Below, piece by piece: positions 1 to 14,250 of a stretch of 64,000 nucleotides of DNA. Source of the stretch: Camelus ferus. Taxonomy: Eukaryota. Numbering within the stretch: the stretch's first letter is position 1; every line of letters starts with the position of its first letter. The position numbers and the translations under genes are program-made. Under the pieces are notes generated by a model. That model had not been told where the DNA came from, did no database searches, and saw only the letters and a program-made list of their open reading frames with translations. Location: NCBI RefSeq assembly GCF_009834535.1, contig NC_045713.1:18786001-18850000 (forward strand). The letters run 5' to 3'.

Positions 1-144
1 TTAAGATAATTGATGACAGATAATTTTTAAGGACAAGTATGTTCTAAACATGGCCTAGAATATATACTAAAAAATTTTTGATGTTTGTCAGAAATTTAAA
101 TTTAACTAGGTGTCCTGTATTTTAATTTGGTCAATCTGGCAACC
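1..144. mobile_element. hAT-type MITE fragment (MER53-like), truncated by the window edge
   Basis: Ends in AAATTTAACTAGGTGTCCTGTATTTTAATTTGGTCAATCTGGCAACC, resembling the MER53 terminus as recalled. Confidence 0.6.
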
Positions 145-265
145 TGGTCCAGCCCACCAGGCCCTCCCCATGCCCTAGCCCCTCTCCTGAGACCCCCAGA
201 TCTTCACTCTGATTGGCTAGTGCTCAATTCAGTTGGTTGGTAAATATTTTGACAATCACCCCTGA

Positions 266-2234
<1,969 letters not shown>

Positions 2235-2329
2235 AGTCCAAGAGGCTACACTGGCAGTGGGATAACATGGTTCCATGGGACCCTCAAGGTTTCACATCTT
2301 GAAGTACCGTGGCTGACAGGACACTCTCG

Positions 2330-2512
2330 GCATTAGCCTGGGCTGAGATCCAGCTCTGCCACGTGCTGCTTGTGTGACCTTGAAGGATTGACTTCACCTC
2401 TGCTCACCTCGGTTTCCTCGTCTGTAAAATGGGTCTGATCAACCTCATGGATTTCTTTGGGTGATAATTAACACAGAGTAAGTGCTCAGTAAATGTTAGA
2501 AATTACCATCAT
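2330..2512 (+). mobile_element. MIR SINE in the QPRT 3' region
   Basis: Core TGTGTGACCTTG...GGTTTCCTCGTCTGTAAAATGGG and tail AAGTGCTCAGTAAATGTTAG. Confidence 0.75.
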
Positions 2513-2800
2513 TCATCTAAGACCCACTTTTTTCCCACACACCACCTTCTCTGAAGTCACCTTTAACGGATGGTGTATAATGGTCACTGTCATCTGGGCA
2601 TCTGTTGTCACATAGCCATTGTGGCCTGTACTTGCAGCGTGTAGATAAAACATAGTAACAGTCTCTGTGGAAATAAGTCCAAAAGTATAAACTAGAAATT
2701 GCAAATGATAAGAAAGCATTGGTCACAGTTTGACAGTTTTCTTTTTGAGCGATGGTAGTTGTGTTTTACAATCAATGGCATCTTACACTTGAGGATATTT
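2513..2800. mobile_element. TcMar-Tigger-like MITE relic
   Basis: Ends CATCTAAGACCCACTTTTT and TTACAATCAATGGCATCTTACACTTGA resemble old Tigger termini. Confidence 0.45.
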
Positions 2801-3202
2801 GGCATCGGGTCTGAGATTCAGCTGGAGTATCACACCCGGTTGATGCCCATGTTGGACTGGTTACTAAGTATTTTGCTTCTCACCTCTGGCTACTGTTACC
2901 ACTTCTTTAGTTGGAGGTGAGAACCTGTTTATCCCTCATTTCCCAGGGTCCTCAACAAACTCCACCATGCATCCTTCCCCAAGTGAAACCCCTATTTTGT
3001 GCTGAAGGCCTTTTGGGGTTTGTTTCCAAAGGGCTGTCATTAGATGGGACAGGTACAGAGCAGCCAGGGCCAGAGCAAAGGTCAGTTAGGGAGTAAGGGG
3101 TGGGGTGGGGTGGGAGTCCGTGTTCAGGGGTCAAAATTCCTTCCATGCTAAGTCAGGACTCAAATGTCTACGCAGAGGATTTAAGTCCAGCCCCCTAAAC
3201 AT

Positions 3203-3228
3203 ACACACACACACACACACACACACAC
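3203..3228. repeat. (AC)n microsatellite
   Basis: About 13 uninterrupted AC units. Confidence 0.95.
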
Positions 3229-4379
3229 CCCTGAGGTCTTGCCCACCTGTGCGGCCACTCCTACCCTCACCTCAAGCCTAGGGTTTGCCTCTCTTTAACC
3301 TTTCTGGGGTGGCTGTGTGAGTTCCCAAGGGTGAGGGTGGTCCCCGACATGACTCCTCCCAGAAGGGCTCCAGTCTGGAGCTGCCTCTCCCCTCTGAGAA
3401 TCCACTCTCTTCACTGCCCTTTGCTGGGAGGAGAGGAAAATGGGTCTCACCACAGAGGCTCCTTCCCAGAGGGAGTCTGGGTGTCCCAGTCTGCTCTGAG
3501 GGAGGCATTCTACCCCTTTGCCTTTTTCTCAACCTTGGAGACCAGTGATGGGTCTGGGAAAAGGGTAGATCAACAAACAATGAGCTCATCTCAGACGTGA
3601 AAGCTCCAGACAGGCCAACACCTTCCTCCTTCAAGCATCAAACGTGCGCTGAGCACCTGCTGTGACCATGCTCGGGCACTCAGCGGAGATTCACCTAGGG
3701 GATGCCAGGCAGAGGTGGATGCTGCCTTTGAACTGAAGGGGTCATTCTCACAGGACACAGCCTAGAGATGCCATCTGTGCTCTAATACATGCCTCCACCC
3801 CTGCATCCTCCTGTCCTTTCTCCAGGGAAAACATGGACACACTCAGCTAGGCAACCTTCCCTGCTCCAGGAAACTTAGCTCTCTGAGCCCCAGCTCCTCA
3901 GTCCTGAGGGGGAATAAATGAACCCTCCTAGAACTAGGGGTCCTTTTAGCTGTCACGATGGGGAAGTGGGGACCATGGGGAAGTGGGGAACCATGGATAA
4001 GCCGGGAACTGGAAGGCAAAATACTTAGGATTCAGGAAGGAAACAGCATTCTAGAGGCAGAAAGAAGGTACAAGGAATCTCAAACTCAAATGCATCCAGG
4101 ACCCAGGCAGTGAAACTGGTGGTAGAAGCTGGAATAAGACACAGGGAAGTGGGCTGTGGCCAACTGGAGAATGCGGGCTGCGCCCACAGCATCTCAATTA
4201 AAAAAGAGAAAAGAAAGCTCCCAGGATGAGTCTCAAGCTCATCCTTGAACCCAGAAATGAACAAGCAGATCCCAGATCTGAGTGCTGGGAGGGGATTCCA
4301 TCACCAGTGGGAAAGGAAATGGATCCTGGGCAGGCAAAAGCAACCCAGGCTCTCCTTGCAGGGGATGAATTTCCAGGCA

Positions 4380-4800
4380 GAGGAGGAGGTAGGAAATGGC
4401 TTGGATTATTTGGTGTAAGATTTGAAGCTGGGATCAGGAGAGACGAGATGACTAGGACCTGGGCTGGGTCCAGACCACAAAATGGTAGGTTAGAGGACTT
4501 GGACTCCGTCCTGAGAACAATCAGATTGAAGCTGGAAAATGAGATAAGCATATTTTCTGGAAGATCTATTTGAGGGGGCTGGAGTGGCTGCAGGCAGACC
4601 AAGAGGAGGCTGATGCAGCCACACAGAGGGCTTGAATGTGGGTGGTGGCAATGGGTTGGAAAGAAGGGAACACAGGCGGAGGAAACAGCATCTGCAAAGG
4701 CTCAGAGCCCAATGGGTTTGGGGCAGTAGGAAGAGTTTGGTGTGGCTGGGGGCGGGGGCGGGGGGCAGTGAATGACAGAAGAGGAGTCTCACACCTCACC
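4380..4800 (-). mobile_element. L2 LINE fragment
   Basis: Purine-rich L2-like text, e.g. GAGGAGGCTGATGCAGCC...GGCTTGAATGTGGGTGGTGGCAATGGG. Confidence 0.5.
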
Positions 4801-5311
4801 TGGTGTCTATCTGGCTACACTTCCTTCCTGCCTCACCAGCCTGTGACTAGGCTTGGATGATTTCCCCAGGTTGCCCCACACCCAGCATTAAGCCCATGCC
4901 CATAAGAACAAATGTGCCCGTCCAGTCAGGTGCCACCATCAGCATATAATGTGTCATCACGCCAGCTGGTGGGTGAGAAGGGGACACACATTTGGCTGAG
5001 TGCCCTTGCTTGGCATGTGTAAGTCTCTTTCTCAGTTAATGCTCATGGGGGCGAGGGTGTTAGCATATCCACTAGACGCATGAGGAAACTGAGGCTATAT
5101 GAAGTTAAGAGAGTGGCTCAGGGACATAGACCAATAAAGCGGTGGAGCTGGGTTCAAAAATAAATATTTGTTGAATGCCTACTATGTGCCAGGCACTATT
5201 CTAGGCAGCGGATGTACAACAATGAGTAAACAATGAAAAATCCCTGTCCTCACCAAGTTTACATTCTAGTGTTGGGGAGAATAGACAATGAAAAAAAGTC
5301 AGATCCCTTTA

Positions 5312-5330
5312 TGGCCACCAGAGGGCACTG
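5312..5330 (+). promoter_or_regulatory. CTCF-binding motif
   Basis: TGGCCACCAGAGGGCACTG matches the CTCF core CCASYAGRKGGCRS with no core mismatch. Confidence 0.7.
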
Positions 5331-8300
5331 CAACCACACCACCTTCCATTCTCCTCTGATTCCATCTCCTCTCCCAGGTTCCAAAGATACTTAGCCAAGG
5401 AGGCTATGAATAGTAAGTGTAGCATCTGCTCAAGAATGAAAACTGGGGAAGGGTGTATAGAAGTCTATCTTCCACCCACTTTTCCAGCTTAATTCCCTCA
5501 TCAGACCCCATCCAACTGCGCAAGGTATCTTAGTGACTTTCAAGGCCCTGTGTACTCCAGAGGTCACCAAGGTTCACATTCACTCACCAACACTCCCTCC
5601 CCCTGCTAACATTTACCCCCCCATCTCCCTTCCATCTATCCCCCTGCCCACCCACCCCTCCCCTTCAATCTATCCATCCACCTTCCTACTCCTCTACCCA
5701 CACAGCTACTGGGGCACTCAGTCTAGAGGGTCAGAGAAGGAAGAGGTGAAAGGAGGTTGGCAGAGTCAGTAAACTCAGGGGGCACAGGTTTTAGTGCACC
5801 AAGGCCAGTGAAAGCTGAAAGCATTTAAAAATGGTAAGACGTTATTAGCAAGCCAAACTGTATCTGAAAACAATTCAACCTTGGATCTTTAAAAAATCCC
5901 ACAGTGGTATTATGTGGTGTGGACACATGTATTAATTTACTGCAAGCCCTTCAAGACGGTAGGGGAGGTAAATTCCATAAATGTTTCAGCACCTCTGTAC
6001 TTTGTTCCAATCACTTCCTGAGTAATAGAACATTTTGGCAATTACTCAGTAAGTAACTGCTTTTAAGACCTGCTTTCTGAGGACCTAAGTAACTCAGCTT
6101 GTAAGCCCAAATGACAAAGATCTGAAGAGAGTCTGACCATGAAGCTGTGAATAACATTTCCGTGGATGGCGGTGCACATCAACCCCAGATAACGTGGGCT
6201 GGCTTTATTTTGGGTAAGAAGTGCTCTTTAGATCACTGGATCCAGTACAGCGCACTCAGAAAATGATCAGAGGCAGAGATCCTCATACATATCTCTAGTT
6301 TGATGGGTCACTGGGTAACCTATTTCCTCTCCCTGTGATTCAGCTAAAATTTTCCGAAGCCTTAGACAGCACCAACAAAGGGCTAGCCCATAAGTCACTT
6401 GCTTCTTGATATTTGTCTGCTTTTTAACCAAAGGAAAGACTCTTTTTGGAATACTATATCAATATATAAAGAACAATGCTGGTTTCTTAAAGGCTTATAA
6501 ATCATGCTTCCTGCATTAAATAAATAGATACATACATACATATCCTGTAACTGTAATCTCACCGAGAACCAAAAATAGCTTATTTTTATTTTTTGCATGA
6601 TTTGCTTTTTTTTTTCTCGGAATATTATAAGCCAAAAGGGGAATTCATTGAGGCTTGGCAGCTTTTTAAGGTAAAGGACTGTGCTAACATATTTTTGTAT
6701 TACTGGTATAGTAATTACCCAAATGGATGGAAGATTTCAAGGGCTAGACCAAGGCTTGCATTTTAAAAATCCCAATCTAATTAATTCCAACAGATGAAAA
6801 GTCCATCAGGGAAAAGGTAGAAGATGCAAAACAACTGTTTCTATGACCTCTCCTGAGGCAACAATTCAGTGATGCTCTGTGTACAGCAAGTAAAACAGAC
6901 CGCCATAAAGGGGTCCAGACATCTTTCCTGACAGTTTATTTGTCTTCTCCTGTCCTTTTCACTTGTTAATTATTGCTTGCCCGACGTGGTGAGTTTTACC
7001 TTGCTGAACGCCAGTTATTTTTGTAATCAGTATGATTTGTTAGGCAGGTTCGAAGCAGTGCTCAGTCGAGTGGATTATTCCCCGCTACTATGCCAAGACC
7101 TTCCCGAGTGCACTGCACAATGCCTTGTGACATTTTCCAGTCCTGCTGGTGGGAAGGGGCCTTGGGCACTGCCGCCTTAGTGCTTTCAGTCGGCTCTTCC
7201 CCTGACCTCAGGTGGTTTCCTCACACACCTGTGTGCTGATCAGTTCTCTGCTGAGTAATACTCCAGGGGGCCCCTCTGCAGCTCCTGGATTCTGTCTCTG
7301 GGAGGCCCTCTCTTCTCTGTGTTCTGTTCTCTGGGCTCCAGCTGCTGTGGTCTCCCTGGACTCTCCACTCTGTGCCCTCAGCTCAGGAATCCCTGGGCAC
7401 CACCTCACCTGCCCCCTGCCCCCTGCAAGCCCGAGGTTTTATGTGGATGAGGAGGAGAGAGTAGCATTACTAGCAGTAGTACTAACAACTGGTAGAACTA
7501 ACCCCCAGCCTGCAGTTTGGAAACTCTGTAAAAGCAGTAATCTGGACGATCCTAAAAGGACAAACGTCATTTGTTTTCCTTTCTCTCTGGGATTTCATTG
7601 TTCTCATCACTGTCTTTCATTGCTTGGTATTCAGTGTTTTGAAAGTCGATGTTTCCTGTACTTTGTCTGGTATTGTAGTAGCAGTAGTGATAGTTTCAGG
7701 CAGAAGGGTAAACCCAGTCCCTGTTCCTCCACCTTGGTGCCAAGGGGCATCTCGGTGGCGTCCCTGTTCCTAAGAGCTCCTCCGATGATTCCAGTGTGTG
7801 GCCAGGTGAGAGCCTTGCAGACCTCTTTTCTCGGCCTGAAATGCTTCTCTCAGTCGAATAGAATCTTTATTTCCTCCCCTCTGTTTTCTCTGCTGTCTCT
7901 TTCTGGAACTTCTATTAGGTAAATACTGAATGAATTGATTCTTTATCTCTTTACTTTTCTGACACATTTTACTTTTCTTTGTCATTTTCCTCTCCATCCT
8001 GAGAGATGTTTAAAAGCTTTTTCCTCCCATGCCTTCCTTTGATTAACTTATTAATCTGGACAATCAAAATGGCAATTTCCAGATGATGTTATAATTTCCA
8101 ATTACAAAAGGCACTGTGATGCAATGTCTTCCTAGAAGCCCTTACTAGGTTCACAGTGCCTTATTTATTTGTTTCTTCCAGGCCTGGTTATTTTGTTTCT
8201 TCATCTGAATCCTTTTTTGGTACCAATGAAAATTAGTAAGAGGAGGCTCCCGTGGTTCTACTTGGCAGCTGAGTGGGTCTGGTTCCCCAGCAGGCCTGTC

Positions 8301-8359
8301 CCTGAATAGGCTGCAGGCTCTGTGGGCAGGGGTGTTATTGATTAAAATGTTTCCCTTAG

Positions 8360-8565
8360 ATCAGAGGGTTTGTTCCCCATCCCAGGTGACATTTGGCAAT
8401 GCCTGGAGACATTTTGGTTGTCATAACTTAGGGGGATGCAACAGGCATCGAGTTGGCAGAGGCCACAGATGCTGCTAAACATCCCACAATGTACAGGAAA
8501 GTCTTCTATGACAAAGACTTATCTGGCCCAAAAGTCAACAGTGTAAAGGTGGGGAAAATTCCGAT
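8360..8565. mobile_element. MER20 (hAT-Charlie) MITE
   Basis: GACATTTGGCAATGCCTGGAGACATTTTGGTTGTCA...GATGCTGCTAAACATCCCACAATG matches the MER20 consensus as recalled. Confidence 0.8.
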
Positions 8566-8632
8566 TTAAGATCACCTGAGAGAAGGCTGTCCCACCCATT
8601 TCAGGAGACTTCAGGTTTAGAAGGGATCTCCA

Positions 8633-9372
8633 GAAGAGAACCCTCCTACACTGCTGGTTGGAATGTAATTTGGTGCAGCCTCTATGGAAAACAGAATGGA
8701 GATTTCTTAAAAAACTAAAAATAGACTTACCATATGATCCAGCAATTCCACTCCTGGGCATATATCTGGAGAAAACTCTAATTCCAAAAAATACATGCAC
8801 CCCAGTGTTCATAGCAGTACTATTTACAACAGCCAAGACATGGAAGCAACATAGATGTCCATCGACAGATGCCTGGAGATAGATAGATATAGATGTATGT
8901 ATAAAAATATTATTCAACCATAAAAAAGAATGAAATAATGTCATTTGCAGCAACATGGATGGACCTAGAAGTTATCATATTGAATGAAGTAAGTCAGACA
9001 GAGAGAGATAAACATCATATGCTATCACTTATATGAGGAATCTAAAAAATGATACAAATAAACTTATTTACAAAACAGAAACAGACTCACAGACATAGAA
9101 AACAAACTTCTGATTACTAAAGGGGAAGGAGAGAGGGATAAATTAGGAGTTTAGGATTAGCAGATACAAACTACCATACATAAAACAGAGAAACCACAAG
9201 ATCCTACCATATAGCACAGGGAACTATATTCAATATCTTATAATAACCTATAATGAAAAAGAATATGAAAAGGAATAGATACCTATATATGTACAACTGA
9301 CTCACTATGCTGTACACCAGAAGCTAACACAATGTTGTAAATCAACTATACTTCAATTAAAAAAGAAAAAAA
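8633..9372 (+). mobile_element. L1 3' fragment (ORF2 C-terminus, 3'UTR and A tail)
   Basis: Encodes [18 protein letters not shown]...TCTPVFIA, typical of the L1 ORF2 C-terminus, and ends in an A-rich tail. Confidence 0.9.
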
Positions 9373-9377
9373 GAAGT

Positions 9378-9525
9378 GAGAGGGTGTAGCTCAGTGATAG
9401 AGCGCATGCTTAGCATGCACAAGGTCCTGGGTTCAATCCCCAGTACCTCCATTAAAATAAATAAATAAGTAAAAACCTAATTACCTCCCCCCAAAAAAGA
9501 ATAAAAAATAAATTAAAAAAAAAAA
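9378..9525 (+). mobile_element. tRNA-Ala-derived SINE (vic-1-like) inserted in the L1 tail
   Basis: GAGGGTGTAGCTCAGTGATAGAGCGCATGCTTAGCATGCACAAGGTCCTGGGTTCAATCCCCAGTACCTCC followed by an AT-rich body and A tail. Confidence 0.9.
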
Positions 9526-9879
9526 GAAATCTCCAACCAGATGATGGCTCATGAGGCATGTGCGGCCCGCAGGCTTATTTCATTGATTTTATAGGTAGGT
9601 AGACTAATACATGTATATATAAAATGGTCTTAACATTTTGGTTGATTTTACCTAAAATCCCAAATTTCTAGCTTCTGCTGGAAAATCAGAAGGAGGACAT
9701 GATTGGTAGAGCCGAGTGGCAGGTACCCCTACAGACAGGCTTGGAGTCTCTTCTCACCTCAGTCCCCTCGTCCACGTCGCTCACCTTTCTCTGGCTTGGC
9801 CTCTTTATGCATGTGAATTCATGACAGCTGTATTTTTTGGCGGGGAGGGTGTTTAATACTAGAGGGAAATACTGACTCT

Positions 9880-10345
9880 GTCCCCAGGGATGGCCATGGA
9901 GTAGTTCTGAGAAAATCTTTCAGTTCATCATCTTGTTTCCTCTCCTACGGGTACTATGACTTTAGAATAATGGCAGAATGGATGCGGAGGACAGTATCTG
10001 CCACAGTCAGAGGTAGAGACTTGGGGATCATCAGGGCATGAGACCGCAGTTGAAGCCGTAGGCATCAGTGAGATTGCCCAGGAGGACTGTGTCATGGGGA
10101 GCAAGAGCTGAAGCAGGCAGATGGCAAAAGAGCCCAAGAGGAAGGCAGGGAGAGGAAGGGAAATCAGGTGTGTGTGGAGTCACAGAAGCCAAGGGAGGAG
10201 GATGCGCCAAGAAGCGAATAATGATGTCGAATGCTGCCCACCGGAGGCTGAGCGGTGTGTCCTTTGATTAAAATATGCAGGTCATGATTTTGGTGAAAGC
10301 AGTTTCTGTAGGGGGCTGGAAGGGTATAGATGCCTGCAGTGGGTT
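9880..10345 (-). mobile_element. L2 LINE fragment
   Basis: L2-like text GAGACTTGGGGATCATCAG...GTGGAGTCACAGAAGCCAAGGG...GAATGCTGCC. Confidence 0.55.
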
Positions 10346-13300
10346 ACAGAGTGAGGGGGAGACAAGAAAATATAGATTTGCTACGACAGACAGCTCTTTC
10401 CAGAATTTTGGCTGTGAAGATTTGAACTTGGTTATAGAGGAAATTGTCTGTTGTTTTTGTTTTGTTTTGTTTTTTGTGATGTCGTGAATTGTATAACCTG
10501 GCAAGTACATCCCTGCCATGAAACATCTTGAAATGCTGCATAAAATCAAGCAAACTTCCTTTAAAATTGTACAGCTGGGGTTCAAGAAACTAAGGGGAAG
10601 CCCCAGGAGCCATACACAAAGAGGAAATTGAAAACCAGAGCTGGGGGAGCTGGTGGTAGTTGTAGATCTTGGCAAAGAAGGGGCTGGGGTTTTATAGCCA
10701 CCTGGAGATTGGAGATGAGGACTTACTTGGGGTGTTGAACACTGAGACCCTGATACACAGCTCAGCCCCTTAAAGGGGGACACCCTCAGTGAAAGGGCAG
10801 ACTCGGAAACAAAACAGTCCAGAGAGCACAAAAGAACCTTGTGGATTTCACCCTGAGATCTGGTGGCAATAGAAAGTCTCCCGTGAGAATTCATAACCAA
10901 AGGTGTACCCTCGTTTAGATTTAGGATTCAGATTTACTCCATCTGCGTAGTCTCAGAAGCCCGCATAAAATGCACAAACCATGTGGTTCAGGGTTGGTAA
11001 TTCCCCTGAAGCATCCTTGGCAGGAGCAAACACAGAAGCTCTCTAGAGAGACACCCTCAAACTGGTCACATGGATCCCGCTGATAAGATCCAAGCTGAGT
11101 TCACAGCCCCAACTTAGAAAACATAAGAGGAAGCCATCTGTCGTGAATGAGAGCGGGCAGACACCACCCACCCTAGAACTTGGAATCACGGACAACAGTT
11201 ATTGAGTAAAAGACCACACAGGAAGTGCGCTTTAAAAGACATACAGGAAAGACTGAACATGAGAAAGTAATAAGATGGTGTTAAAAATGAGGAGAAAAAA
11301 AAATGAAGAGAGGTCTAAATGAATGCACCTATTAGTCTATCTGCTTATTCATTCATTCCCCTTTCTTTGGGCTCCCACTGTGTTTTAGATCCTGTTCTGG
11401 GTCTGGGGATAGGAAGCTGGACTCGGCCTCAGGCCGACCACATTCATTCATGCATGCGGGCACCCATCCATCATTTCATTTCATCCTTTGATGTCACAGC
11501 TAGGAAAGTCCCAACAGTTCATCTGTTCAACTTTCAACCCCCTTCTTGCAAAGCAAGGCCCAGTAATACAAAAATTACTTTTCTCTGAGTGAGTGGGTGA
11601 TAGAAACAGATCAGAAACCAGGGACTTATCCCCGGTGTCTCTTCCCCCAACGTCCTGCCTCTACTGAGCCCTTGGCTTGCAGGCATCTAAGCTCTGAACA
11701 TCATATCTCAGTTTTGTTCCCCTGGTGGACTGTTTACACCTCATGGGCAGGGTCCGCACAACCCAGTCCTGTCAGCTGATAGTGACAATGAGAAGCGACA
11801 CAGTTACCCAGCTTGTGAGTAACAGAGATGGGACAGCAGCCCTATATCTACCTCTTATCAGTTATGTCTTCCTATCCTATCCCACCTCCCTCCACCCCCA
11901 ACCCTGCCACTAGACAGACTGAGAGCTCCCTGAGGATGGGGACCTGGTCTGATCCCTCCACCTTCAGGGCCTGGCTCAGGGAAGATGCTTGGAACACAGG
12001 CTGGGTGAGCTCACCCGGGGGGGGGGGGGCGGTGTCCCTCAGCTTGGGGGCTTCTAATTCCCTGGCTGCTCCTCCAACTTCTGGCATCCAAGAGATGGGA
12101 AGAGAGATCCAGGCCCCAGTGCTCCCCGGCCCTCCTGAAAAGGAAGAGCTGAGTGTTGGCCTCTGCCCTGCAGCATTTCTAGGGTGTGGATGAACTTGGG
12201 GGGTTCCTGGCTGGCATTAAGTAGCACAGGATGGCTACTCCCTGTGTGGGGCTCTCATCCACCCCAACACTTCTGGGGGAAGGTCTCAGGGTGGTGCTAA
12301 CACTTTCCTGACACCTGTGGCTCCATTTCTGCCCTTTTAACAAAGAGCAGATCTTTGGGTCAATGCCTCTAACAGGGAACAATGTCTACTTAGAACTCGA
12401 TATCTTTGCTTATATTGTCTTTATTTGCCTGCTTAACCTTCTATTTCCGGCAAGTGATACTTGGTTTTCCATTTACAGAAGTGATACAAAACAGATTCCT
12501 TGTAAAATAAATTTATTAAGCAAATAGTAAAACAATTTAAAGAAAACTATGAAGTACAGGTGGTAAACTGATATGACAAAAATCCTAGCATTCAGGACTG
12601 AAGTTTGGGAAGTCAGACCCTGGGGAATGGAAACTCCTTCACCTCTCCCAGCCCCTGGCTCTGCTCCCAAAGGGGAGATCGGCTGATACTGAGATCGGGG
12701 CTCCACTTCTGTGGGGTGGAGCATTATAAGTAAGCCTGTCTTGGGGCAAATCTGCCTTTTTAAACCACTCCAGTAAGCTGGGGGGGAAGATGGTCAGAGG
12801 CCATGTTTTGGAAGCTGCCCTGCCCCAGGAGAGTATTCATTTCCACACTGGATCAAACTCAGATCTCCTTGGCCGAGGCCTCCCTCACCGTGGAGCGATA
12901 AGATCCAGAGGGCTAAGATGTGGCGGCCTCCAGAGGACGTGCTGCCCGCTGGCCTTTTCTGACTGTAGGTCCCAGCTGCAGGCAAGAGAAGGCCTCTTGT
13001 TGCAAGGTGGGGATCAAAGCCACAGTTTGGATGTAATAAGATGGTCTTTTGCCTGGTCTTGACCTCTCGTTATGTGTTTTTCCAGAGGGATGACTTGTGA
13101 TTCTGGGAAGCAGGATTCCTGTCCTCTCCTGCTAGCACTGCTGACCCTCGTCATCATACCCAGTCTGTTCTTCAGCATCCACAGGACCCTGCACTTCAGT
13201 GTTGGCATCTTGGGTGCCAACTGAAGGAGGGTGGGAGCCACTGAGTTTATGCTGTTTCCTGCCTGTCTAGTACCTTGAGTTCTTAATCCGGAATGTGATT

Positions 13301-13596
13301 TTGGCAGCTTCTTACCCAGGGTGCCCCAACTCCAGTTCTCCACGCAGCAGCCCCGGGCAGCTAAGCAAAGGCACCGCTGAGCTTCCCCTGTGGCACGGGC
13401 TCTGTCCACACCCAGCCTGCCCAGGCTCAGATCCAGGGGGAGCTCAAATCCAGAAGGAAAAGGCCTGGGAGGGGCATTCTTTGCCAGGGATGGGGTGTCA
13501 ACTCAGGTTCTTTGGGGCCTCAGGGTCTTAAGATTCCTCTGAGGTTGGACCTTCCTCAGGGGACTCTGGGAGTCCAGTCCTCCAGGCCCTTGGGAT

Positions 13597-14250
13597 TCAG
13601 AAACCCACGCTGGTCCGGCCTTCACGCCTCCAGAAAGCTGAGATCTGCTCCAGGGTGACCCGAGGCTGGAGGCCCCACTCAGGATCAGGGCTTCCCGGCC
13701 GCTGCCTCTGGGCCTGGGGGCTCCCTAGATGCACACTGGCTTCTGGCCTCTGTTCAGGTTCGATCCAGCTCACCAGGCCTGAGGCAGGGGGCCTCCAGAA
13801 GGTGCTATGGGCTGGGACCTTGGGTGGGATCTGGGGGACTGAGGAACTGGAAGGAGAGTTTGGGGTTGACAGAGCAGGTGGGGCTGTAGCTCGTGCCTCC
13901 AAGGTGCCCCCCGGGGTGGGAGGGTCTGGGTCCCGGTCCATCAGCAGGGGAACCGCTGAGCCATACCAGTCCTCGGAGCGCTCTCGGGGTGTGCCCATGG
14001 GCTCGATCCACAGCTCTCCTCCAGGGCGCCAGACCAAGGTGGGCGCATAAGTGCTGGGGTCTGGGCGGAGAGAGCGGCGGAACAGGCGTTCAGCCAACAC
14101 GGCCGTAGTCAGGAGGAAGATGGCAGCCAGGGCAGCCAGGGCCAGCATGATGGGGATGCAGGGCCCGCAGGGCAACAGGGGCCAAAAGGCTGACTCCGAT
14201 GCAGGAGGCCCCTGCATGTGCCCAGAAGGCTGCTCTGGAGTCGGAGGCAT
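13597..14250 (-). CDS. C16orf54: C16orf54 single-pass transmembrane protein, 217 aa, single coding exon
   Basis: MPPTPEQPSG...CGPCIPIMLALAALAAIFLLTTAVLAERLFRR...WRPGGELWIEP...QPRVTLEQISAFWRREGRTSVGF. The ATG at 14250 directly follows a splice acceptor (gtctctccAG|ATG on the minus strand). Confidence 0.95.
   Translation of the reverse strand: MPPTPEQPSGHMQGPPASESAFWPLLPCGPCIPIMLALAALAAIFLLTTAVLAERLFRRSLRPDPSTYAPTLVWRPGGELWIEPMGTPRERSEDWYGSAVPLLMDRDPDPPTPGGTLEARATAPPALSTPNSPSSSSVPQIPPKVPAHSTFWRPPASGLVSWIEPEQRPEASVHLGSPQAQRQRPGSPDPEWGLQPRVTLEQISAFWRREGRTSVGF

Noticed and set aside
5986-6005. REST/NRSE-like TTCAGCACC
   Set aside because: Only the left half-site matches, and no full NRSE is seen here or near PRRT2.
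7212-7922. 236-aa plus-strand ORF
   Set aside because: Non-ATG start and Ser/Leu/Cys-rich composition; it appears to be the antisense of an old L1 5' region.
9378-9451. Apparent tRNA-Ala genes (six copies across the window)
   Set aside because: They have G-rich non-tRNA 5' ends, disrupted acceptor stems, AT-rich bodies, A tails and TSDs, so they are SINEs.
12003-12029. 14-bp palindrome GGGTGAGCTCACCC followed by G13
   Set aside because: A few 14-bp palindromes are expected by chance in 64 kb, and there is no supporting context.
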